This document shows, piece by piece, positions 35,400-47,320 of a DNA stretch of 64,000 bases. A program made the translations under genes and the position numbers. The stretch comes from Mobula hypostoma (Eukaryota). The notes under the pieces were generated by a model, which made no database searches, was not told the origin of the DNA, and saw only the letters and a list, made by a program, of their open reading frames with translations. Each line of letters begins with the position of its first letter. Within the stretch, counting starts at the first letter, position 1. The DNA lies in NCBI RefSeq assembly GCF_963921235.1, contig NC_086097.1:54810001-54874000 (forward strand), written 5' to 3'.

Positions 35400-38300
35400 C
35401 ATAGAACCATAGAAACTACAGCACAGAAACAGGCCTTTTTGGCCCTTCTTGGCTCTGCTGAACCATTTTCTGCCTAGTCCCACTGACCTGCACACAGACC
35501 ATATCCCTCCATACACCTCCCATCGATGTATCTGTCCAATTTATTCTTAAATGTTAAAAAAGAACCCGCATTTACCACCTCGTCTGGCAGCTCATTCCAT
35601 ACTCCCACCACTCTCTGTGTGAAGAAGCCCCCCCCTTATGTTCCCTTTAAACTTTTCCCCCATCACCCTTAACCCATGTCCTCTGGTTTTTTTCTCCCCT
35701 TGCCTCAGTGGAAAAAGCCTGCTTGCATTCACTCTATCTATACCCATCATAATTTTATATACCTCTATCAAATCTCCCCTCATTCTTCTACGCGCCAGGG
35801 AATAAAGTCCTAACCTATTCAACCTTTCTCTGTAACTGAGTTTCTCAAGTCCCGGCAACATCCTTGTAAACCTTCTCTGCACTCTTTCAACCTTATTTAT
35901 ATCCTTCCTGTAATTTGGTGACCAAAACTGAACACAATACTCCAGATTCGGCCTCACCAATGCCTTATCATACCATTCCAGCTCTTATACTCAATACTTT
36001 GATTAATAAAGGCCAATGTACCAAAAGCTCACTTTATGACCCTATCTACCTGTGACGCCACTTTTAGGGAATTTTGTATCTGTATTCCCGGATCCCTCCG
36101 TTCCACTGCACTCCTCAGTGCCTTACCATTAACCCTGTATGTTCTACCTTGGTTTGTCCTTCCAACATGCAATACCTCACACTTGTCTGTATTAAACTCC
36201 ATCTGCCATTTTTCAGCCCACTTTTCCAGCTGGTCCAAGTCCCTCTGCAGACTCTAAAAACCTTCCTCACTGTCTACTACATCTCCAATCTTTGTATCAT
36301 CATCAAATTTGCTGATCCAATTTACCACATTATCATCCAGATCATTGATATAGATGACAAATAACAATGGACCCAGCATTGATCCCTGTGGCACACCACT
36401 AGTCACAGGCCTCCACTCAGAGAAGCAATTCTCTACTACCACTCTTTGGCTTCTTCCATTGAGCCAATGTCTAATCCAATTTACCACCTCTCCATGTATA
36501 CCTAGCGACTGAATTTTCCTAACTAACCTCCCATGCGGGACCTTGTCAAAGGCCTTACTGAAGTCCATGTAGACAATATCCACTGCCTTCCCTTCATTCA
36601 CTTTCCTGGTAACCTCCTTGAAAAACTCCAATAGATTGGTCAAACGTGACCTACCACGCACAAAGCCATGTTGACTCTCCCTAATAAGTCCCTGTCTATC
36701 CAAATGCTTGTAGATTCTGTCTCTTAGTACTCCCTCCAATAACTTACCTACTACCAACGTTAAACTTACTGGCCTATAATTTCCCGGATTACTTTTCGAT
36801 CCTTTTTTAAACAACGGAACAACATAAGCCACTCTCCAATCCTCCGGCACCTAACCTGTAGACAGCGATATTTTAAATATTTCTGCCAGGGCCCCTGCAA
36901 TTTCAACACTAGTCTCCTTCAAGGTCCGAGGGAACACCCTGTCAGGTCCCGGGGATTTATCCACTTTAATTTTCCTCAAGACAGCAAGGACCTCCTCCTT
37001 TTCGATCTGTACAGTTTCCATGATCTCACTACGTGTTTCCTTTAATTCCATAGACTTCATGCCAGTTTGCTTAGTAAATACAGACGCAAAAAACCTATTT
37101 AAGATCTCCCCCATTTCCTTTGGTTCCGCACATAGCCAACCACTCTGATCTTCAAGAGGACCAGTTTTATCCCTTACAATCCTTTTGCTCTTAATATACC
37201 TGTAAAAGCTCTTTGGATTATCCTTCACTTTGACTGCCAAGGCAACCTCATGTCTTCTTTTAGCCCTCCTGATTTCTTTCTTAAGTATTTTCTTGCACTT
37301 CTTATACTCCTCAAGCACCTTATTTACTCCCTGCTTCCTATACATTTCATACAACTCACTCTTCTTCTTTATCAGAGTTGCAATATCCCTTGAGAGCCAA
37401 GGTTCCTTATTCCTATTCACTTTGCCTTTAATCCTGACAGGAACATACAAATTCTGCACTCTCAAAATTTCTCCTTTGAAGGCTTCCCACCTACTGATCA
37501 CATCCTTGCCAGAGAACAACCTGTCCCAATCCACGCTTTTTAGATCCTTTCTCATTTCTTCAAATTTGGCCTTCTTCCAGTTAAGAACCTCAACCCTAGG
37601 ACCAGATCTATCCTTGTCCATGATCAAGTTGAAACTAATGGTGTTATGATCACTGGAACCAAAGTGCTCCCCTACACAGACTTCTGTCACTTGTCCTAAC
37701 TCGTTTCCTAACAGGAGATGCAATATTGCATCCCCTCTAGTTGGTCCCTCTATATATTGATTTAGAAAACTTCCCTGAACACATTTTACAAACTCTAAAC
37801 CATCTAGACCCCTAACAGTATGGGAGACCCAATCAATGTATGGAAAATTAAAATCCCCAACCACCACAACTTTATGTTTCCTGCAGTTGCCTGCTATATC
37901 TCTGCAGATTTGCTCTTCCAATTCTCGTTGACTATTGGGTGGTCTGTAATACAATCCCACTAATGTGGCCATACCTTTCCTGTTTCTCAGCTCCACCCAT
38001 AAGGACTCAGTAGACAAGCCCTCTAATCTGTCCAGCCTGAGCACTGCTGTAATATTTTCCCTAACAAGCAAAGCTACTCCTCCACCTTTCGTTCCTCTGC
38101 CTCGATCACATCTGAAACATCGGAACCCTGGAATATTAAGCTGCCAGTCCTGCCCCTCCTGTAGCCAAGTTTCACTAATTGCTATAACGTCATAATTCCA
38201 CGTGTCAATCCATGCCCTCAACTCGTCCGCCTTCCCCGCAATACTCCTAGCATTGAAATATATACACCTCAGAAGATTTTTACCACCACTCACAACCTTT

Positions 38301-38456
38301 CTATTAGCGGATTTGCTTGAACTTTTAAAATCATTTATTTTCACCCCAGCCACGCTGTCAGTTCTGGCACTCTGGTTCCCATCCCCCTGCAAATCTAGTT
38401 TAAAACCTCCCCAATAGCATTAACAAACCTCCCTGAAAGGATATTGGTCCCCCTGT
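35400..38456 (-). mobile_element. Young CR1 LINE with nearly complete ORF2 (APE+RT), inactivated by stops at ~36851 and ~36254 and a small deletion near 35965
   Basis: ORFs 36851-38392 (513 aa: YFNARSI, ISETWL, GDFNFP, SSDHN), 36254-36850, 36029-36238 and 35592-35960. (ctatggtt)n-like tail. Confidence 0.95.
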
Positions 38457-38604
38457 TTTCTCTTATACTGTCTTCTCTTATCAGGTTCTTTCTTATTCAG
38501 ACCTTTACCTCTTTCACTCTCACCTTCCAGCTTCTCACTTTCTTTCCCCTCACCTGATCTCACCTGTCATCTATCTTATACCACTCCCCATTCTCCTACC
38601 TTCT

Positions 38605-40197
38605 TTTCTTTTTTCTTTATTAATCTTTTTATTTATTTAAAAGGAACATAAATACAAACAAGAGGAGAATTATCTCAAATATATATATACATCAATAACA
38701 ATACAAACCAAGATTGAGATAGACATTTTGAAAATCATACATCCTGTTAAGCTAGTATATAATATATAATAAAAAAGAAAACAACAATTCTCCTCTCATC
38801 AGTTCATGAAGAGGAAAGAAAAAACTTTGAATTTTAAATGAAGGAAAAAAAAACACTACACTATACAAAAAAAAATCCATAAAAACGGGACTGGGCAGTC
38901 CATTCTGAGGATACGACCAAAAAAAAAACCAAGAAAGACTTTCTGATCAAATCTAAAACTTCGAAAAAAAATTGGAAGAGTAATAAATAAAATTAAATGA
39001 AAGTATTGAATAAAAGTTCGCCAGATTTGCTTAAATTTAAAGGATGTATCAAATGTCCGACTTCTTATTTTCTCTAAACTTAAACAGGAGATAATAGAGG
39101 AGACCGAAGGTGAATTAGAATCCTTCCACTTCAATAAAATGGCTCTCCCAGCCAATAAAGTCGAAGAGGCTATCATACATTGAGCGGAAACAGGAATGTT
39201 TCCTGCTTCCGATGGGATAATCCCAAAAATTGCCGTAAGCAAATTAGATTGTAGATCCAGATCCAAGACTTTTGATAGCATTTTAAAAACATTTCTCCAA
39301 AATTTATCTAGCTTTATACAAGACTAATACATGAGTTTAAGTGGCCACCTCAATATTACATCTGTCACAAATAGGATTGATATTGAAAAAGTATGCGCTA
39401 GTTTATCCTTTGACATATGGGCCCGATGCGCTACCTTGAACTGTATCAAGGAATGACGGGCACAAATAGATGAGTTATTAACCAAATGAAAAATTTTACT
39501 CCATTGATTATCTTGAAATGACTCTTGAAATTCTGATTCCCAAGCACGTTTACTTTTATCATTAGATATCATTTGTGAGTTCAATAACTGTTTATAGATT
39601 ATAGCTATCAACCCTTTTTGAAATGGTTTAAACTGAAAGAGAACATCTGTCATATTAGGTGGATAAGCAGAAGGGTAATTTGGCACCAAACCACGTAAAA
39701 AATTCCTAATTTGTAAATATCTAAAAGTGTACATTAGATGAATCATATTTATCCACTAACTGAGAAAAAGACATTAAACAGTCCCATAAAAACAAATCTG
39801 AAAAGGTATTACTCCCTTGGTTTTCCAAATTAAAAAGACCTTATCCAAAATTGATGGTTTAAAAAAACAATTGAGATAGATATTACTAGAAGGAATAAAA
39901 TTATGTAACTCAAAAAATCTACGAAACTGAAACCAAATTCTTGATGTATGTTTAGTAATGGGATTAAAATCATGTCTACTAATTTGAGAAAACAAAAGGG
40001 GAAGAGGAGCTCCCAGTAAAGAGCCCAAAGAGAATCCTTCCACCAAGTTTTCCTCCAAATCCAACCATAAAGGACATTCATGTATATCTGAATAGTGAAT
40101 CCAAAAAGTAATATATCGAATATTAGTTACCCAATAGTACATTCTAAAATTTGGCAAAGCCATACCACCATCCTTTTTTAATTTCTGCAATAAGGAT
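38605..40197 (-). mobile_element. L1-clade LINE 3' portion
   Basis: LQKLKKDGGMALPNFRMYYW, SICARHSLIQFKVAHR, RAILLKWK. AATAAA and A-rich tail at ~38605-38640. Confidence 0.85.
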
Positions 40198-40829
40198 TTA
40201 CTCATCTCATATCTCCTTATTCTGTCTTCTGCCCCCTTCCCTCCCAGTCTTAATGAAGGCTCTACGCCCAAAATGTCAAATCTCTATTTCCCTCATAAAT
40301 CCTGCCTGGCCTGCCGAGTTCCTCCAGCATTGTGCATGTATCCATGGATTATGGGGAACAAACAGGAATACAGTATTGAATTAGAGGATGACCTGTGATC
40401 ATATCAAACTGTGAAGTAGCCTCCAAGGTTCAAATATATTTCCTACAGCAACAACAACCCATCAGATCCAAAGGGAAATGGCATGTGGCCAAAAATAGCT
40501 CAGTAGCAGAAAACAAACGTTAATGATTGACGTAAATTGGTGTTGAGAAGATTGTTTGCAAATATTTTCTGTGGTGGTCTGTGCTAAGGCTATTGCAAAT
40601 TGCAGCATTTTCTGATGGCTTAGCTTTAAGTGCAGAGGCAATGACTGGGAAAGTTGCTAATGGCCATGTGGTTGTTACTGATGAAAAAAACATGGGAAGA
40701 TATCAATGGAATAGTTAAATGGACTGACTATGGGATTCAGTCCAGGGAAGTGTGAGGAAATGTATTTAAGGAGAGCGAACAAGGCATTGGGAATGTGCAA
40801 TAAACACAGAAACATGTAAAAAATAAGCA

Positions 40830-41260
40830 AATTAGTAAATTAGCTTACTATTGTCACATGTACAGAGGTACAGTGAAAAGCTTTGTTTTGCATGCCATTC
40901 ATATCAATCATTACAACAGTACAAGGAAAAACGATAACTGAATGCAGAATATAAAGTTACAGTTAAAGAAAAAGCTCAGTGCAGGCGGGTAAAAAAGTAC
41001 AAAGCCATGAAAAGGTAGATTATGAGGTTAGGGGTCCATCTTATCATTAAAAGGTTCGTTCAACAGTCTTACAGAAGCTACCTTTGATCCTGGTGCTATG
41101 TGTTTTCAGGCTTTTCTCTCTTCTACCCAATGAGAGACGTGGGAAGAGAGAATGTCCTGGATGGGAGGGGCCTTGGATTACATAGGCTCCTTTACCATGG
41201 CAACAAGAGGTGTAGACCGAGCCCAGAATGGGAGGCTGGTTTCCACGGTGTGCTGAGTTA
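40830..41260 (-). mobile_element. Rex1/Babar-like LINE 3' fragment
   Basis: VYTSCCHGKGAYVIQGPSHPGHSLFPRLSLGRREKSLKTHSTRIKGSF resembles the Rex1 C-terminus. Confidence 0.72.
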
Positions 41261-42456
41261 CTAATTACCGACCTCCAGCTCGAGTAAGTCCCTTCGATAC
41301 CACTCTTTGTCAACTATGCGCAAGCCAGTTCCGAATCCAAACAGTCACTTCACCGCCGACCACATGCATCTGAATCTTCTGGATCAGCCTCCCATGAGGG
41401 ACTTTGTCAAATGCTTTACTAAAATCCATGTAGACAACACCCACTGCCCTACCCTCATCAATTTCTCTCATCACCTTGTCAACATGTTCAGTCAAGTTGG
41501 CAAGACATGACCTGCCCTGCACAAAACTGTGCTGGTTCTCCCTAATTAGACCATGGGTTTCCAAATGTTTATATATCCTATCCGTAAGAAGTTCTCCAGC
41601 AATGTTCCTACAATCAACGTGAGAAACACCAATCTATAGTTCCCAGGATTTTCCCTTATTCCCTTCTTAAGTAGAGATACAACATTAGCCACTTGCCAGT
41701 CCTCCAGGACCTTGCCTGTGGCTGAAGAGGACACAAAGATTCTGGTCAAGGCCCCAGTGATCTCGTTTCTTCCCTCCTTCAATTACCTGGGGTAAAACCC
41801 ATCAGGCCCTAGTGACTTGATACTCTTAGGAGAGCTAATCCTTCCTCCTCCTTGACCTCTAAACACCCTGGTGTATTTAGACACTCAGCACCGGTCTCCT
41901 AGTCCTCCGTATCCTTTTCCTTGGTAATTACTGAAGCAAAGTTCTCATGAAGTACCTCACTCACATTCTCCGCACCCAAGCAAATGTTCCCCCGTTTTTC
42001 CTCGAGTGATCCCACCCTCTTGCTCGATGCTTGTATAGAATGCCTTGGGATTCACCTTAATCCTAATTGCCAAGGACATCTCATGGCCCCTCCTGGCTTT
42101 CCTAATTCCCTTCTTTATATTTTTTCTGGCTTCTTTATACTCATCATGTGCTTCATTTGATCCAAACTTCTGAAGTTTTACATACTTTTCCTTTTTTTCC
42201 TTGACTAAATTCATCACCTCTCTGGTTATCCAATGTCCTCTTATTTTTCCATCCCCGTCCTTCCTTCGAACAACAACATGCCTTTCCTGTACTATACACT
42301 GGGAGGCCCATTCGTTAGTTAGGGCCTTCAGCATTTTGGGCACCGAGGGAGAGAGGAAGAGGAGAGCCATCCGCAGTACCACCGATGCGGCAGAGAGGGC
42401 CTCAAGATGGCTGTGGCTCAAAAGAGGGGAGCCATGGAGTCATAAGTAGCTAGCCA

Positions 42457-42574
42457 TCTGGACACAAGCTGGGGTCTGATCGGCCCCGGCTGGGTCACCT
42501 GGAGGAGGTTGTATGATGTTGAAAGACCCGAAACACCCGATGATTCCAGGAACATCACTGAAGATGTGTCCAGA
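42457..42574 (+). ncRNA. Non-circularly permuted hammerhead ribozyme, family A, 5' terminal-repeat copy
   Basis: GUA site 42511-42513, GAAA 42530-42533, CUGAAGA 42558-42564. Stem I tgatgtt/aacatca, gggtc/gaccc, cctgga/tccagg, closing stem tctggacaca/tgtgtccaga. Confidence 0.75.
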
Positions 42575-42797
42575 AGTATCAATAGATGTATGTACACAGC
42601 TTACACCCTGAGTTAATCAGTGACAACCAGGAAAGACTGGGTGACAACCACGAAAAGAGTGGTGACGACTGGAGAGTCAGTGACAGCCCGGAGAGACGGC
42701 AACCAGGGCAGAACGGGCTGGCAACCCAATCTGCATCCTCTGAAAGGAGGACCCCCACAAAAGCCACAAAGAATCTAAGGAGAAGATACCCCCAGGG

Positions 42798-45700
42798 GTG
42801 CCCGAGAGGGGGGGGGAGGATGAGCACCCCAGTCGGATGGACACAACGACATCAAACCCAGGCAATGAACAAACGACGATGAGGAAGCAGTGTGCATGTG
42901 GCAAAATCTGCAAGAACGATTGCGGTTTGAAGATCCACCAAGCGAGGATGAAGTGTTTGGCGGGAGCAGGAGCAGCACAACGCGCAGGTGTCCAACCTGG
43001 TGAGATGAAGGAGGGGCCAGGCCCGGAGTCACCCCATAGTGCCCGGAACCTCCAAGTGTTGCAAACTGATCCCTCGAACATGAAGTCTAACAGGAGGTGG
43101 ATCAAATGGCCTGCAGCTAACATGATTTCACTGTGGAAGCAGTTTGATGAAGATGTTAACCAAATTCTGGAGGCAACGGCAAAGGGAGGGGTTGATAGGA
43201 AGCTGCAAGCCATGACAACAATGATTGTCAGTATTGCAGCTGAACGGTTCGGAGAAGAGGAGAAGGAAGGCTCCAAAACATCTTACTCGAAGAACCAAAG
43301 AGCATTGAGGATCCACAACATCAGGCAGGAGATGAAAGCGCTGAAGTCCCAATACAAGGAGGCAGGAGAAGAGGAGCGCATTGGCTTGGCCCAGCTGATG
43401 TGCATACTATGAAAGAAGATCAGGGTCCTCCGCCGGGCAGAGTGGCATCGGAGGCAGCGTCGTGAAAGGGCCCGAAAACGTGCTGCCTTTATCGCCAACC
43501 CCTTCAAGTTCACCAAGGAGTTGCTGGGGGAGAAGTGCAGTGGGAAACTGGCCTGTTTGCAGGAAGACATAGACCAACATCTGAAAGAGAGCAGGAGTTG
43601 GGAGAGTGCGACATCCCAATAGACCCAACTGAACCGGATGTGCAGTTCGACATGTCAGAGCTGTAACTAAAGGAAGTCAGAGAGGTTGTCCGCAAAGCAA
43701 GGGCAAGCTCGGCTCCAGGACCAAGCAACACCTCGTACAAAGTGTACAAGAACTGCCCCAAACTCCTGCTGCGTCTGTGGAAGATCCTGAGAATGTTCTA
43801 GAGAAGGGGGAAGATCCCAGAACGGTGGAGAGTGGCTGAAGGGGTGTGGATCCCGAAGGAGGAAAACACCACCCAGATAGATCAGTTTGGCATCATCTTC
43901 CTGCTGTGTGTCAAGGCGAAGATCTTCTTCAGTGCCGTTTCTAACCGGCTGTGCACCTACCTGGCAAAGAACACCTATATTGATACATCAGTCCAGAAGG
44001 GTGGCACTTCAGGGATGCCGGGCTGTCTGGAGCATACCAGTGTGGTGACACAGCTCATCAGGGAGGCCAGAGAGAACAAGGGCAACCTGTCAGTGTTGTG
44101 GCTCGACCTGGCAAATGCATATGGCTCCATTCCGCACAAACTGGTGCAGCTCACACTGACCAAATATCACGTCCCCAGCAGAATCAGAAACCTTATCGCT
44201 GATTATTACAGCAACTTCAGGATGAGGGTCTCTTCAGGAGCAATTACATCAACCTGGCACAAGGTGGAGGTCAGCATCATCACAGGGTGCACTATCTCAG
44301 TGACACTGTTCTCCCTAGCCATGAACATGCTCACTAAGTCTGCTGAATCAGAGTGCAGAGGGCCCAGAATGAATTCCGCTCAATGGCAACCACCTATCAG
44401 GGCATTCATGGATGACCTCACAGTCACCACAGCATCAGTCCCAGGCTGCCAGTGGATTCTGCAAGGGCTCGAAAAGCTGGTGGAGTGGGCCCAGATGCGT
44501 TTCAAACCTGCCAAATCAAGATCGATGGTGCTGAGGAAAGGGAAGGTGGAGAACAAGTTCCAGTTCAGCATCGCAGGCACAGCCATCCCAACCATCACAG
44601 AAAAGCCAGTCAAGAGCTTAGGCAAAGTTTTTGACAGCTCTTTAAGGGACACAACATCCATTCAGGCAACATGCACCGAGTTGGATGGCTGGCTGTAATC
44701 TGTGAACAAGTCTGGCCTACCTGGGAAGTTTAAAGCCTGGGTGTATCAGCGTGGCATTCTTCCCAGAATCCTGTGACCCCTCCTCGTCTATGCAGTTCCA
44801 ATCTCGACAGTCGAAACCTTAGAGAGGAGGGTTAGCAACCACCTCAGGAGATGGCTGGGGCTGCCAAAGAGCCTGAGCAGCATCGCACTCTATGGACACC
44901 ACAACAAACTGCAACTGCCCTTCAAATCCTTGGAGGAAGAATTCAAGGTAACAAGAGTCAGAGAAGTGCTACAGTATAGGGACTCAAGTGACCCGAAGGT
45001 GGCTAGAGCAGGGATCCAAGTAAGTACTGGTAGGAAGTGGAGGGCAGAGGAAGCTGTTCAGGAGGCAGAGGCGCGGCTGCGTCATAGGAGGCTGGTGGGA
45101 GTGGTCACACGAGGCCGAGCTGGGCTAGGATCCTTTCCAACTCCCCAAATGGACACCAGAGGCAAGGAAAGGCGTTGTCTAGTTCAGGAGGAGGTGAGAG
45201 CAGTAGTGGAGGAGATGAGAGCCTGCAAGGCGGTGGGAATGAAGCAACAGGGTTGGACAAGATGTGAGAATGTGGTTGAGAGGAAAGTGACCTGGGCTGA
45301 TCTTTGGAAAGCCAAACCACACCGCATCCAATTTCTCATCCAGGCAGTGTACGATGTGCTTCCAAGCCCATCAAACCTGCACACATGGGGCAAGGCAGAG
45401 TCATCTGCGTGCCCACTGTGCTCCAAGCGAGGAACTCTGGCGCACATCCTCAGCGGCTGCGCAAGGGCACTTGGTGAGGGACGGTACAGGTGGAGGCATG
45501 ATCAGGTCCTGAAGACCATCGCTGAAGCCGTCAGCGCAGGAGTTGAGTGGGCGAAGCGGTCCCAACCCTCCAAGCAGACCATTGCCTTTGTCAGAGCTGG
45601 GAAGCAGCCAATACCTGCCAAAAGAATATCTGCAGGCATTCTGACCTCTGCAAGGGACTGGCAGCTGTTGGTGGACCTCGAAGGGCAGCTGAAGTTCCCC

Positions 45701-46063
45701 AACCATATCGCAGCCACCACCCTGTGACCAGACATTGTCCTAGTGTCTGAGTCGACTAAGCAAGTGGTGCTGCTGGAGTTGACAGTCCCATGGGAAGATA
45801 GCTTGGAAGAGGCCTTTGAAAGGAAGCTCTCCAAGTACGCAGGACTGGTCAGCAACTGTCAGCAGGCTGGATGGAGAGCGAGGTGTCTCCCAGTGGGGGT
45901 TGGTTGTAGGAGATTCGTAGCCCGTTCTTTAGTTAGGGCCTTCAGCATCTTGGGCATCGAGGGAGAGAGGAAGAGGAGAGCCATCCGCAGTACCACCGAT
46001 GCGGCAGAGAGGGCCTCAAGATGGCTGTGGCTCAAAAGAGGGGAGCCATGGAGTCATAAGTAG
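42798..46063 (+). pseudogene. Disrupted ORF: Zn finger + RT + CCHC + restriction-like endonuclease
   Basis: CACGKICKN..GLKIHQARMKC, LDLANAYGSIPH, AFMDD, CPLC..GTL.HILSGC, RYRWRHD, PDIVLVSESTKQVVLLELTVPWE. Stops at 43410, 44696 and 45725, plus frameshifts. Confidence 0.92.
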
Positions 46064-46070
46064 CTAGCCA

Positions 46071-46188
46071 CCTGGACAGAAGCTGGGGTCTGATCAGCCC
46101 CGGCTGGGTCACCTGGAGGAGGTTGTATGATGTTGAAAGACCCGAAACACCCGATGATTCCAGGAACATCACTGAAGATGTGTCCAGA
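46071..46188 (+). ncRNA. Permuted hammerhead, family A, 3' terminal-repeat copy
   Basis: GUA 46125-46127, GAAA 46144-46147, CUGAAGA 46172-46178. Two substitutions in the closing stem. Confidence 0.72.
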
Positions 46189-46731
46189 AGCATCAATAGA
46201 TGTATGTACACAGCAGTACACTGTTTAATTCATCTTTAAACACCTTCTGCATGTCTGATGTGGACTTGTCAGAGAAAAGGTGTTCCCAATTAACTCTTCT
46301 TAGTTCCTGCCTAATGCCCTTGTAATTTGCTCTACTCTAATTTAAAGCTCTCCCACAAGGAGTTGTGGTCACTGTTCCCCAGCTGCTCACCCACTGAAAG
46401 GTCAGTCACCTGGCCTGGCTCATTACCCAACACCAGGTCCAGTGTGGTCCCTCCTATCACTGGACCTTCCAGATACTGATTGAAGAAACCTTCCTGGATA
46501 CACTTAACAAGCTCTGCCCCATCTAGGTGCCTCTTGCACTAAAGTCCCAGCTTATATAAGGAGTTGAAATCTCCCATGACACAATCCTATTATTTTTTAC
46601 ATTTTCTTAAACTGAATACCAATGTCCCGGTGGCTATTGGGGTGGGGGGAGCATTATAGTTCCACGTACTGATCCATGCTCAAAGTTCATCACCCTTACC
46701 CATAATACTAGCAGTAAAATATGCACACTTA

Positions 46732-47320
46732 AACCATAAGATATAGGAGAAGTAGGCCATTTGGCCCATCGAGTGAATCATGGGCTGATTCAATTCTTCC
46801 AGTCATCCCCATTCCCCTGCCTTCTCCCCATATCCTTTGATGCCCTGGCTAATCAAAAATCTATCTATCTCTGCCTTAAATGCACCCAATGACCTGGCCT
46901 CCACAGCCACTCATGGCAACAAATTTCACAGATCTACCACCCTCTGACTAAAATAATTTCTCCGCATCTCTGTTCTAAAGGGACGTCCTTCAATCCGGAA
47001 GTTGTGCCCTCTTGTCCTAGACTCCCCTATCATGGGAAATAACTTTGCCATATCTAATCTGTTCAGGCCTTTTAAAATTCGGAATGTTTCAATGCGATCA
47101 TCCCTCATTTTCCTGAACTCCAGGGAATACAGCCCAAGGGCTGCCAGATGTTCCTCATACAGTAACCCTCTCATTCCTGGAATCATTCTTGTGAATCTTC
47201 TCTAAACCCTGTCCAACGTTAGTATCTCCTTTCTAAAATAAGGCGCCCAAAACTGCACACAATACTCCAAGTGTGGTCTCACAAGTACCTTATAGAGCCT
47301 CAACATCACACCCTTGCTAT
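46732..47320 (-). mobile_element. CR1 3' fragment
   Basis: LYSLEFRKMRDDRIETF..NYFSQRVVDL plus 3' UTR. Confidence 0.85.

Larger units (their letters stand above)
34472..40345 (+). mobile_element. Older Penelope relic in pieces (about 34472-35400, 38457-38605, 40198-40345)
   Basis: CHDEAKCRLEEQHLVFSLSPLQLDGMDINF. Pyrimidine-rich UTR resumes after each insert. Degenerate terminal repeat at 40245-40340. Confidence 0.78.
30760..40450 (+). mobile_element. Old CR1 3' portion in three pieces (about 30760-30938, 33990-34470, 40348-40450) split by younger insertions
   Basis: Consecutive CR1 segments (VQRDLGVL / QLEYCVQF..FFTEMVVNL / 3' UTR) resume across the insertions. Confidence 0.65.
42306..46214 (+). 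mobile_element. Full-length RLE-type (Hero-like) non-LTR retrotransposon with 295-bp direct terminal repeat
   Basis: 42306-42600 is nearly identical to 45920-46214 (offset 3614). Between them lies a single disrupted ORF. Confidence 0.92.

Noticed and set aside
42306..42600. True LTR retrotransposon interpretation of the direct repeats
   Set aside because: No TG..CA ends, PBS, integrase or protease. The repeat includes coding sequence and the ORF is RLE non-LTR type.
46120..46180. SECIS-like AUGA..AAA..GA pattern in the Hero 3' UTR
   Set aside because: The same bases are better explained by hammerhead stems and core, and the in-frame TGA stops are not all shared between copies.
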